This document shows positions 26,020 to 35,440 of a DNA stretch of 64,000 nucleotides, piece after piece; position 1 is the stretch's first letter, and each line of letters begins with the position of its first letter. This DNA comes from a virus (Duplodnaviria; Caudoviricetes), in the IMG/VR virus record IMGVR_UViG_3300028591_000087, positions 96,001-160,000 of that record; one strand, given 5' to 3'. The translations under genes and the position numbers were made by a program. The notes below the pieces were generated by a model. The model worked only from the letters and a program-made list of their open reading frames with translations, was not told the DNA's origin and searched no databases.

Positions 26020-26727
26020 ATGATAGGAACAACAAGTAGTATTAATCATATTATTTAGCAAGATGTAAATAATTATGATCATTTGGTTATATGGCTGGAT
26101 GGCACCGATTTTATGAATCATGGAAATGATTAGAGTTATACAATTTCTAATGGTAATAATTTTAATCAATTGGTTATGTAGACTATTAAAAATAAATCTG
26201 TTTCTACATATTATAAAAGAAGTGCTGCTGCTCGTGCAAATAGTATAATAATTACTCCAACCGCATTACATAATTATAGTTCAATTACAATGATGGCTTG
26301 GTGCGCTCGTTGCGATAATACTGACCATAATAATTTATTTACTTGTGGAGATGCAAGTAGTGGTTTTTTTGAAGCACGTTTTAGATTGACTGGAACTAAT
26401 GCAGTTGGTTATTTATGGGCATCTGGTTCATCTTATGACTATCATAGTGTAGCTGTAGGACAACAAATAAATGAATGGGGTCATATGGCTTTTATTAGAA
26501 ATGGATCATCAATAAAATGTTATTATAATGGAATTGTTGTTGACCAAGTAACTGCTTCAACAACTAGAAATTCTATTTCGATTTTTCATTTATTAGGTGA
26601 TACCTGTTGGACATCTGACACTGGTGGAGCAAGTTATTGTACAGATTATAGATATTATGATATAGCATTAAGCGATGCGGATATTTTAGAAATATACAAT
26701 GCTGGTCCGCAATAGCATAGAAGTTAA
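26020..26727 (+). CDS. MIGTT-tag LamG/concanavalin-A-like lectin protein, 235 aa (four TAGs)
   Basis: MIGTTSS...LVIWLDG...ITMMAW...EWGHMAFIRNGSSIKCYYNG...DYRYYDIALSDADILEIY; TAA at 26725-26727. Confidence 0.75.
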
Positions 26728-26741
26728 ATTGTGGTGATATA

Positions 26742-27119
26742 ATGATTGGGACTACATCAATTACACCAAATATGTATCCTTTTTTCCAATTTTCTACTGA
26801 TGAATAGAAAACACCATTTAAATGGATTGATGGGAAAGATTTATATTGTAAAATATTAAAAATGACTACTGGATATTCAGAAGGAACTGCTTATACTGTT
26901 GCTACAAATGTAGATTAGCCTGTTTTAATTTAGTTTATTGTTAGTACCACTTCTGAAAGTCCATATGTATGGACAATTGGTAATTATTATTGCTCTGGAG
27001 GAGATAGAAATTATTCTTACTGTCGTTTAAATAATGGAACATTAACATTTATGCATCGTAGCGGTAGTAGCTATGCTTATGGCAGGACATGGGTAATCTG
27101 TTTTTATACTAAAAAATAA
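26742..27119 (+). CDS. MIGTT-tag fibre-tip-like protein, 125 aa (three TAGs); absent from the ORF track
   Basis: GGTGA RBS; MIGTTS...FSTDE(Q)KTPFKWIDGKDLYCK...FYTKK, matching the STxEQ..WIDGK.Y..YTK pattern of phage fibre C-termini. Confidence 0.75.
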
Positions 27120-27131
27120 GTAGGTGATAAA

Positions 27132-28532
27132 ATGAAAGTCACCGTTAAATTAAGTCTACAATCAAATATAGATCATTATGGTACATCAATTGTAGAACTT
27201 GATATAGAAGAATATGTTAAAGGCGTAGTGCCTGCGGAAATAGGTAATGCGCGTATAGAAGCCTGTAAAGCTCAGGCAGTGGCTTCCCGCACTTTTGCTT
27301 TTATAAAAGCTAGCAAGGGAAAGCAATTGACCGATCAAAGTAGTAAAGACCAAGCCTTTAAAGCAGTTCGTATTTCCTCTTCATATCCTAATGCAATGCA
27401 AGCTGTGGAAGAAACAGCGGGGCAAGTCTTATATTACAACGGTCAATTAATAACAACAAGTTCATATTCAAACGCGAATGGTGGACGCGTTAAATCCGCC
27501 AAAGAAGTCTGGGGTAGTGATCGTCCTTGGTTGATCTCTAAACCAGACCCATATAATGGAACTAAAACCGGTGGGCATGGCGTTGGTATGTCACAGACTG
27601 GCGCAAAAAACATGGCTGCGCAAGGTTTTTCATATAAAGATATTCTCGCTTTCTATTATGTAGGAACTGAGATACGCAATAACTATGGAGAGGAGAGAGT
27701 TATGACAAAAGCAGAAAAAGTTGCTAGTTGGGCTCGTTCAAAAGTAGGTTGCGGTTATGTTTATGGTGCTACTGGTCAAAAGGCTACTGAATCAAGCGTT
27801 CAAGCATTAATCAAATCATATGGTACATCAAATATAGATTATTCAATTGTGAAGAAATGGATTGACAAGGGTGTACAAGTATATGACTGTGCGGGGCTCG
27901 TCTCAGAAGCTATAAGTGCCGGCGGTCTACCAGGTATGTCCACTGGCGCCACGTCTCAGTGGAATAAAACTACTTGGCTCAAACGTGGTACTATTGATAC
28001 TTTACCTAAGGATAAAGTGTGCTGCCTTTATCGTTAGGTTTAGGCTAATCCGGTAAAAATGCAACATACCGGCATATATCTTGGTGATGGAACATTTATC
28101 GATTCAAGAGATAGCACCAGAGGCGTCATTGGTCCTAACAAGTTATCTTCGTATAAATGGACTCACTGGGGCATTCCGAAGGGGTTATATTCGGAAAGTG
28201 ATATTGATATTCCTGAGGTGATTAAAGTGGCTTATCAAGCTAAGGTAACAGCTTCTTCTGGTTCTACTGTTAATATGCGCAAGACTCCTTCTTCTAATGG
28301 TGCATTGATCTCTAAGATTGGTATAGGACAAATTATTGATGTGACAAGTGTTAGCGGTGATTGGTCCGCGATCACTTGGAATGGCAAGTCTGGTTATATG
28401 ATGTCTAAGTTCTTGCAAAAGGTTGAGGGTTCGGAAAATAATAAGGTATGGTATGTCCGCCTCGAGTGCGACAGCGAAGAGCAAGCAAAGGCAATCGCGC
28501 AAATCCTCGCGAAAGCGAAAGCAACCACTTGA
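27132..28532 (+). CDS. Endolysin, 466 aa with TAG=Gln: SpoIID/LytB domain, NlpC/P60-like peptidase, SH3b
   Basis: EEYVKGVVPAE..KAQAVASRT..GHGVGMSQTGA (SpoIID); GYVYGA..YDCAG..MQHTGIYLG (NlpC/P60); VNMRKTPS..WSAITWNGKSGYM (SH3b); TAG at 28035 and 28041. Confidence 0.85.
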
Positions 28533-28809
28533 GTTTAGCAAGAAGTTAACAATTGCAGACATCCTTGTCTATGTATTGTTAACTCTTGGTGTACTTATAT
28601 TATTATTTCTAGAACCTGAAACTCTTGGTGCTTTTGCACAAACTATTTTTGCTTATTTAACCACTGCTTATGTATCATTGCGACTTGGTTATACAGCAAA
28701 AGCTGGTGTGGAAAATTATAAGAAAATTGCCACAAATTATAAATCAATCGCAGAACTCGCGGATAATGAAGACTGTGAGTCTGACGATGAAGAAGAAAGT
28801 CAAGGCTGA
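28453..28809 (+). CDS. Putative holin / two-TM membrane protein (start uncertain)
   Basis: Basic N-terminus, two hydrophobic segments, acidic tail; overlaps the 3' end of the lysin. Confidence 0.55.
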   Translation: MSASSATAKSKQRQSRKSSRKRKQPLEFSKKLTIADILVYVLLTLGVLILLFLEPETLGAFAQTIFAYLTTAYVSLRLGYTAKAGVENYKKIATNYKSIAELADNEDCESDDEEESQG

Positions 28810-28833
28810 CAGTTCGAGAAAGGGTGAGTTAAA

Positions 28834-29424
28834 ATGGTTAGTTGGGCATTGGTCTTAGAAACGGCTATTAAATGGCTCATTCCAGCGCTTTGTGTTGCTA
28901 TTGTTGGTTTAGTGGCTTCTCGTTTTGTAAAGCCATGGAAAACCGGAACAAAAGCAAATCAGCAACAGCAATGGGATGAATGCATGAAGAATTCTGAACT
29001 ACCTAAGACCTATTGCGACCAGACATATAATAAACTCAAAGCTGAATCTGATGCTAAGGATTCAGAGATTTTAAAGAGTATTAAAAATTTAAGCGATAAG
29101 ATAGAAGAGAATCATAAAGAGGCTTGTAAATATCACGAAAGAGTAGACGAGCAAATGGATGGATTGCGCTTAGGCGTTTTAGATGCACATCTACAAAACC
29201 TCATACAAACTTGCAAGCAATATATACGACGTGGTTATATTACATTAGATGAATATGATGTATATAAAGAACGTTATGAAACATATAAGAAACTTGGCGG
29301 AAATGGGCATATGGATCACTGGAATAAATTAATTGAGGAATTACCTCATAAAGATCCTAATGGGAATATTCAACAGGTACCTCCTGCTATAAAACCTGCT
29401 AATCCGCCAAAAACACATATATAA
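28834..29424 (+). CDS. Lysis-module membrane protein (N-terminal TM, coiled coil, YKKLGGNG motif)
   Basis: Hydrophobic N-terminus; the RGYIT..YKKLGGNG motif is typical of holin-like proteins in Firmicutes phages. Confidence 0.55.
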   Translation: MVSWALVLETAIKWLIPALCVAIVGLVASRFVKPWKTGTKANQQQQWDECMKNSELPKTYCDQTYNKLKAESDAKDSEILKSIKNLSDKIEENHKEACKYHERVDEQMDGLRLGVLDAHLQNLIQTCKQYIRRGYITLDEYDVYKERYETYKKLGGNGHMDHWNKLIEELPHKDPNGNIQQVPPAIKPANPPKTHI

Positions 29425-29469
29425 AAAAAAATAAGGGCGACTCTTAATTGAGTCGCCCTTATTTTTTTT
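29424..29469. terminator. Bidirectional terminator at the convergence of the two arms
   Basis: A-tract, ATAAGGGCGACTC-TTAATT-GAGTCGCCCTTAT, T-tract. Confidence 0.9.
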
Positions 29470-29869
29470 ATCCTTGTGTAGGTTTACTAATGTTAACAGT
29501 TGCTTCGATCGCATTCTTAATGTAATCGTTCAAATCTCCAACTGCTTCGCTCAAATAGGTCTGAGCCTCGGAGCCGAGCTGTTTGAGAATTGCATTATAA
29601 GTCATTTCAAATGCTTTCTTTTGCGCTTCTGCATCAAATTTACCTTGCGCTTTTAAAGCTTCAACATAAGTCTGATTGGTTGCGACAACTGTCTGTTGGA
29701 TTGTGCGGTTAAGCATATCAATGTACTTTTTGTAAGTATCATTCTTTGCTTTTTCCTTGAACTCTTGTGCCTTGATATTCACAAAATGGCAAAAATACTT
29801 GACCAAGAGTGCGAGAAGAGGAATAAGAACCACACGGAATACTTCTTCAATAATTATTGTCCATTCCAT
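29468..29869 (-). CDS. LL-H family-like holin
   Basis: N-terminal TM, TVVATNQTYVEALK, C-terminal YIKNAIEATV. Confidence 0.65.
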   Translation of the reverse strand: MEWTIIIEEVFRVVLIPLLALLVKYFCHFVNIKAQEFKEKAKNDTYKKYIDMLNRTIQQTVVATNQTYVEALKAQGKFDAEAQKKAFEMTYNAILKQLGSEAQTYLSEAVGDLNDYIKNAIEATVNISKPTQG

Positions 29870-29873
29870 AATT

Positions 29874-30365
29874 TTACTCCCAATTTAATTCATTATTTAA
29901 TGCATGATCGGCTGCATATCCTATACAAATCGCGTCGGCTTCGTCCTATGTACAGATCTTGCCAAACTTCTCTCTAACCCACTCTTGAGCAATTTTTTTC
30001 TGAGCATTACGTTTTTTATCATTATCTTTTAAGAAATGACATTCCGCACGCCATTGATTTGGTGCCCAAATCTCGAATGGAGTATATTTAGATAGAAGTG
30101 TTTCAATAATTGCTCCTTGTAATTGAGCCAATGCTTTAAAAGTTTGTACATTATTAGTTTGTCCCTGCAAAGAAATATCTTCTATAATAACCTTATCTGG
30201 TTTGAACTTAATGAGCATAACCTATAAATATATACAAACTTTATGGATTCTTTTTAATATATCTTCATCGTCAAATGTTACTTTGCCGAAGTCGGTCAAC
30301 TAACCATCTTCAAAGATTGCCCACCCGCTAGTGCGGGTAGCCTAATCAAGGGCTAGGATTTTCAT
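29874..30365 (-). CDS. ruvC: RuvC-like Holliday junction resolvase, 163 aa with four TAG=Gln
   Basis: MKILALD(Q)ATRTSGWAIF...VIIEDI...LAQLQGAI...(Q)DEADAICIG; the acidic catalytic motifs are joined only by readthrough. Confidence 0.85.
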
Positions 30366-30948
30366 CCGTAGAACCGAATCCACCCTCGCGTTCGCCATTT
30401 GTCACATCGTCAATTGTTGTTCCATATTGGAGGAAGACACCTTGACCGATACAGTCGCCTTTTTTCAATATAATATCAAAGGGTAGTAGATTAATAATTT
30501 GGAAATAGATGTGTCCTTCATTGGATGGATTATTATAATAATCTGCATCAATAATTCCAACACCATTTCCTAATATCAGCCAATGCTTTAATGAAAGGCT
30601 GGACCGCACACTTAATTGTAAATACCAATCTTCTGGCATTTTAGCCTTAATTCCTGTTGGAACAAGTGTAACTTTCTTTTTGTATTTCTTTACAAAAGTG
30701 GCAGTTGTGTCAAGATTATATGGAAGACTCTTGATAAACTCCTCAAATGATCCATAGTATGTAGATAGATCCTTTGCTAACTCATTTGCAAAGTCAGCTT
30801 CAATAGCACTTAGATAACTCGGTATGACCGTATCTTCTGCAACGTAGAAGTCATAACCAGCAGATGCTTTTGTTTTCCGAACTGGAATTTTAATATCTGG
30901 ATCATCTTTATACTGTTCAATTTTTTCAAACTTTGCGTCAATAGTCAT
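30346..30948 (-). CDS. dut: Trimeric dUTPase
   Basis: SAGYDF, RSS, GIIDADYY, GQGVF and REGGFGST motifs. Confidence 0.93.
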   Translation of the reverse strand: MTIDAKFEKIEQYKDDPDIKIPVRKTKASAGYDFYVAEDTVIPSYLSAIEADFANELAKDLSTYYGSFEEFIKSLPYNLDTTATFVKKYKKKVTLVPTGIKAKMPEDWYLQLSVRSSLSLKHWLILGNGVGIIDADYYNNPSNEGHIYFQIINLLPFDIILKKGDCIGQGVFLQYGTTIDDVTNGEREGGFGSTDENPSP

Positions 30949-31171
30949 AGCTTACTTTTACACCAGATACAGGATCTTTTTCGTTATTAATAACTTTCTT
31001 AACCTGTACAACCTGGTACTCCTCTTCAGTTTTCTTGTTAAATTTAGTGGTGTATTTAAATGACTGCAAGTCATATTCTGGCGCAGTATTAAATTCATCA
31101 CGTAGTTCCAATGCTTCATTTACAGTATCCACACGATAGGTTTCAGTTACGTTTAAAAGATAACGAGCCAT
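30938..31171 (-). CDS. Hypothetical protein
   Basis: AGGGAG RBS; overlaps the dut start. Confidence 0.7.
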   Translation of the reverse strand: MARYLLNVTETYRVDTVNEALELRDEFNTAPEYDLQSFKYTTKFNKKTEEEYQVVQVKKVINNEKDPVSGVKVSYDY

Positions 31172-31181
31172 ATTTTTCTCC

Positions 31182-31445
31182 TTATTTTGAATTTAGTTCA
31201 AATGTAATTTCGCCATAGTTAAATTGATGCATTAAATATTCCTGAATCGAATCACTTAAACCCAATCCAGCATAATTACATAATACATGGTCGATATGAC
31301 CAGAATTAATACAAGCACTTATTGCTTCGATTAATTTATCCATTTCTGCTATATGAAACTAAGTTTCTCTCGGTTGACCATTATCATCTAAATAAAAGAA
31401 GATAGATGGTCCAACCGGATCATAATTAAAATATCCGTATTTCAA
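31182..31445 (-). CDS. Hypothetical protein, 87 aa with one TAG (31359); absent from the ORF track
   Basis: TTG start overlapping the upstream TGA; fills the intergenic gap exactly; ends TAA before the next RBS. Confidence 0.6.
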
Positions 31446-32038
31446 TAATATACAACTCCTTGTTCGTATGGGAACAAATAAGCCACGGTAGGCTCTCCAT
31501 CCCACATTGCCCAAATTTCAACTGCGCCAGATGGCTTACCATCGATCATTTCTACTTCAATAGAACGAAGATCATGATCACCATAATGGTTCGTTAAAAC
31601 ATCTTTTAATTCTGCTCGGAAGCTCTGCCAAGGAGTCATACGAACAGGACGTTTAAGCGCATTACAAGCGAAGATAGTAAAGTAATGCTTTTCGTGATTA
31701 AGCAAAGCAAAATGAAGCATATATTTATCTTTTGTATGTTCATCGAACCAATCTACAATTTTATCAAGAGCATTATTGACTTCCATATTGGTCATAGATT
31801 TTAGACCATTAATTAAGTCTTTATTCATCTGATACATAGTAACTTGCGCGATAGGTTCTTCACGTTGCTCTTCGGGCAAGTTTTTAACCTGATTTTTAAG
31901 ATATTCCGCGTATTCATCAGGTTCCATAAAGATAGGTTCTGGCTCTTCCGCAGGAATAGTTTTCTCCAATGTGGTTTCTTCTTCCACTATTGGCTCAATA
32001 TCAGTATTTTCTTCTACCTTAATTTTTCGTCTGGACAT
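31442..32038 (-). CDS. Hypothetical phage protein
   Basis: AGGAGG RBS, with a promoter upstream. Confidence 0.75.
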   Translation of the reverse strand: MSRRKIKVEENTDIEPIVEEETTLEKTIPAEEPEPIFMEPDEYAEYLKNQVKNLPEEQREEPIAQVTMYQMNKDLINGLKSMTNMEVNNALDKIVDWFDEHTKDKYMLHFALLNHEKHYFTIFACNALKRPVRMTPWQSFRAELKDVLTNHYGDHDLRSIEVEMIDGKPSGAVEIWAMWDGEPTVAYLFPYEQGVVYY

Positions 32039-32561
32039 TTTCAATCCTCCTATCATCTATTTTATTATACCAAATATTTTTTTCGTGGTCAAGAGTCCAA
32101 ACCTCTTGATTGGAACTGCCACGATAAGGTAATGTAATATCGCGTAGTTCTTGAACAAAAGGTCCAGTTACTAACGTATCTATATTTTGAAGGATTAATT
32201 TAAGATGTGAATTACTTTTATTTGACATAATTTCATTCATTGTATATCCAGACCAAAGCCAAATTTTAATATTTGGATAAACATTGCGCACTTCCTGTAT
32301 AATCATTGCTGTCAAGAATAAATTAGGACGTGCAAGAGGTTCTCCACCTAATACTGCAAAATTGCGAGTTATATTATTTTTTTTAATGCCACTAATGATA
32401 TGTTCTAATGTTTCTGCGGTAAACTCATGTCCGCCGTCAAAATCCCAGGTACAAGGATTGTGACATCCAGGACAATGAATGTCACAACCCTGAGTGTAAA
32501 ATGAAAGGCATAAACCTGGTGCGGCCGCAGTATCATCATATATGATTCCAGCGTAACGCAT
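32019..32561 (-). CDS. nrdG: Anaerobic ribonucleotide reductase activase (radical SAM)
   Basis: GCDIHCPGCHN, LGGEP and RGSSNQ motifs; adjacent to nrdD. Confidence 0.93.
   Translation of the reverse strand: MRYAGIIYDDTAAAPGLCLSFYTQGCDIHCPGCHNPCTWDFDGGHEFTAETLEHIISGIKKNNITRNFAVLGGEPLARPNLFLTAMIIQEVRNVYPNIKIWLWSGYTMNEIMSNKSNSHLKLILQNIDTLVTGPFVQELRDITLPYRGSSNQEVWTLDHEKNIWYNKIDDRRIENVQTKN
32062..32092 (-). promoter_or_regulatory. SigmaA-type promoter with extended -10
   Basis: TTGACC...TGGTATAAT, inside the 3' end of nrdG. Confidence 0.7.
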
Positions 32562-34810
32562 TAATTTTCTATCCTTCCTGTGTGTTTTACTCGTTCTTCA
32601 ACTTCCTTTTGTTTTCCCCAATTAAAGGCTGTTGTGTAATTCCCAGTAAGGTATCCAGTAACTCTACGCAACTGCTGAATATGAGAACTGGAACAAATAG
32701 GACAAATATCATTAAACTCACCAGTATAACCGCAATCCAAACAGGTATCATTAGGCACATTGATAGCAAAGTAAGGAATATCATGATCCATAGCATAGTT
32801 TACAATCTGTTCCATTGCATCAAGATTGTTTTCTATACCTGTCTCCAATTCTACGTAGGTGATGCATCCTGCGCTACTATACCCGGTTAATTGTGATTCA
32901 ATATCAATCTTATCAAGAACTCCAACTTTCTCCCAAACCGGAACGTGGATACTATTGGTAAAGTATTCATGATCAGATACATTCTTAATAGTTCCGTACT
33001 TCTTGCGGAACTTTTTCATCGCTGTGTAGCAAAGGTTTTCCGCAGGTGTGTAATAAACACCAAAGTTAAGTTTATATTTTTGTTTAAATTCAGCACACCG
33101 ATCTTTAAACAATTGTTCTATCCTCTTGGCATATTTCATGCCTTCTTCATGACATTGATTAGTATTGAAAAGAATTTCAAGTGTTTCAGCTAAACCGAGC
33201 TGACCAATTACTACTGTTCCATGTTTAAGTGCGGAACGGATACCCTCTTCCGGCACGTAACCAGCCATAGTATGGTTCTCATACATGAACTGTGCGGAAC
33301 GAGGATCTTGTTTGCATATATACTCGAAGCGTTCAATTAGCATGTCTTTTGCTTGATCGATCTTTGAATCAAGAATTGCCATAAAAATTTCGAAGAGTGC
33401 TTCCGGATCACCGTCAGCGTGTCCGTTCAGATCAGACTCAACGGCATTTTTAGCCATCATCGCAAGTGTAGGAAGAATAATGGTTACTGGACAGATGTTG
33501 CCTCGACCATCTTTAAGTTGTCCAAATCCATTGATATCGAATCCATTTGCGGTTCTGCATCCCATTGTGCTGAAATAGGTTTTTGGGTCTTTCGGATCAT
33601 AACCAGCGTTGCCGGACCAATCGCAATTCGCGTAGTTGGGGTAGAGTCTTTTGGCAGTTGATTTAAGGGCGAGTTTATAAAGGTCGTAGTTTGGATCTCC
33701 TGGTTCACGATTGACTCCTTTCATCATTTGGAAAATTCCGCATGGGAAAATTGGTGTGCGGTGAAGTTTACCAACACCTTTAATAGATCCTTCAAGCAAA
33801 GCCTTGATTACCATTCTACCTTCTGGTAGAGTGCAAGTTCCATAATTGATAGAAGTAAATGGAAGTTGATTTCCGCTTCTTGATTGAAGAGTATTTAAAT
33901 TATGATACATACCTTCTACTGCTTGTTGAAGTTCGCGTTCAGTCATATCCATTGCATAATTATAGCACTTTTCACCATATGATTTAGCATCTGGCGAATC
34001 AATTCCTGGAACCTCATATTTAGGATCATATAATTTTACATCATAGTTATCTTTTCCAATAGCACCTTCTATATACATTAAGCCATCACGCATATGCTTC
34101 CAGAAACTTTTTCTTACATAAGGTACCATAGTCCAGTCTAAATGACTGGCGCTCACACCGCCGAATTGTTGCAAACTTTGAAGCTGAAAAATTACAGCGA
34201 TAAGTTGAAATGCAGTGTTAATACTGCGTGCAGGTCTAACGTCAGTTTGACGAGTGTTGAATCCTTTTGCAAGTAAATCATCAAAAGGAATAGTTAAACA
34301 GTTATGCATACCTACCGCATAAGCGTCAAGATCGTGAATATAAATCATATTATTTTCGTGATTTTCTTTCGCCATATCACTCATACAATAGTTAAGTGCA
34401 TATTCTTTCATAACCGCAGAATCAGTTTCACCTTTACGTCCACCAAATGAATACTCGTCAACGTTCGCATTCTGATTCTGTACATTGGTTGCTTCAATTT
34501 TATCTTTTAGTTTAAGGAAGAAATCATCACGTTGTTCACGAATAACCTCTTTCTTGTAACGATACCGCACATATTTGCGGGCAGTCTTAGGATCATATTT
34601 CATCAAGAACTCTTCAACTTTATCTTGGATTTCTTCAACTGAAATATCATAAGCCTCATTCTCTTCTTCCATATAAGTAACAATATCTTCTACGTAAGGA
34701 GGGTATGGTTTATCTGGGGTATACTCTGGATCCCAGTATGCTTTTGCAATAGCTACGCGGATTTTGTTACCATCGAACTCGACTTTTCGTCCATCACGTT
34801 TTGTAATCAA
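32561..34810 (-). CDS. nrdD: Class III anaerobic ribonucleotide reductase with ATP cone
   Basis: ITKRDG ATP cone, YIHDLD, MGCR, TPAENL, CxxC..CxxC, RRVTGYL glycyl-radical motif. Confidence 0.96.
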   Translation of the reverse strand: MITKRDGRKVEFDGNKIRVAIAKAYWDPEYTPDKPYPPYVEDIVTYMEEENEAYDISVEEIQDKVEEFLMKYDPKTARKYVRYRYKKEVIREQRDDFFLKLKDKIEATNVQNQNANVDEYSFGGRKGETDSAVMKEYALNYCMSDMAKENHENNMIYIHDLDAYAVGMHNCLTIPFDDLLAKGFNTRQTDVRPARSINTAFQLIAVIFQLQSLQQFGGVSASHLDWTMVPYVRKSFWKHMRDGLMYIEGAIGKDNYDVKLYDPKYEVPGIDSPDAKSYGEKCYNYAMDMTERELQQAVEGMYHNLNTLQSRSGNQLPFTSINYGTCTLPEGRMVIKALLEGSIKGVGKLHRTPIFPCGIFQMMKGVNREPGDPNYDLYKLALKSTAKRLYPNYANCDWSGNAGYDPKDPKTYFSTMGCRTANGFDINGFGQLKDGRGNICPVTIILPTLAMMAKNAVESDLNGHADGDPEALFEIFMAILDSKIDQAKDMLIERFEYICKQDPRSAQFMYENHTMAGYVPEEGIRSALKHGTVVIGQLGLAETLEILFNTNQCHEEGMKYAKRIEQLFKDRCAEFKQKYKLNFGVYYTPAENLCYTAMKKFRKKYGTIKNVSDHEYFTNSIHVPVWEKVGVLDKIDIESQLTGYSSAGCITYVELETGIENNLDAMEQIVNYAMDHDIPYFAINVPNDTCLDCGYTGEFNDICPICSSSHIQQLRRVTGYLTGNYTTAFNWGKQKEVEERVKHTGRIEN

Positions 34811-34864
34811 AATATAACCTCCTCTATGGGTTGTATAATATATTTGAAAATTAAACTATATATA

Positions 34865-35440
34865 TTATTCACCCATGACCTTGGATACATCATTTAGTAT
34901 ATACTTAAAGCATCGCACCATATCTTGGTCTGATTCATTCCAAAGACTGGTTAGATCTTTATCTTCATCTAACAATTCAAAATCTTCTTCATCAGCTTGA
35001 AAGCGACGTACAATTTCATGTACATCAGGATCTTCTTCTCTATTAAGACTTCTTAATAAGCGAGTCTTATCTCTACATCGAATCCAATAGGGCATCAATA
35101 TAATATCTGAATCATACTTAACTGTTTCCTTCAAACAGTCATAACCTTCTGGATTCCATACACCTACATTAATTCCATCAACTAATGAAGATTTCATTGT
35201 GCCGTAATGCCAATCATTAAAATATGTAGCTTCAAGCATTTCGCCATTTATAACCTTTTCCGCAAACTGTTCCGGAGTCAAGAAGTAATAACTCTCTCCT
35301 TCTCTTTCTTTCTCTCTCTTAGGACGAGTTGTGCAGGAAACCACATTATGCCAGCCTGGTTGTTTGGACAGTAGGAGAGCTATACTGTCCTTGCCGGCTG
35401 CGCTTTTTCCAATTAAACAAACTATTATTTTACGCGACAT
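34865..35440 (-). CDS. gmk: Guanylate kinase-like protein
   Basis: GKSAAGKD, VSCTTRPKR..E..Y.F and WHYGT motifs. Confidence 0.85.
   Translation of the reverse strand: MSRKIIVCLIGKSAAGKDSIALLLSKQPGWHNVVSCTTRPKREKEREGESYYFLTPEQFAEKVINGEMLEATYFNDWHYGTMKSSLVDGINVGVWNPEGYDCLKETVKYDSDIILMPYWIRCRDKTRLLRSLNREEDPDVHEIVRRFQADEEDFELLDEDKDLTSLWNESDQDMVRCFKYILNDVSKVMGE

Noticed and set aside
22887-27119. Shufflon or DGR explanation for the adhesin array
   Set aside because: All genes are co-oriented with their own starts, and the tags are not conserved at DNA level. No invertase, reverse transcriptase or TR/VR pair was seen in the window, though one could lie outside it
943-28532. Fragmented tail and lysis genes read as pseudogenes of a decayed prophage
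   Set aside because: Every break is TAG, in frame, with no frameshifts or internal TAA/TGA, and TAG aligns with Gln
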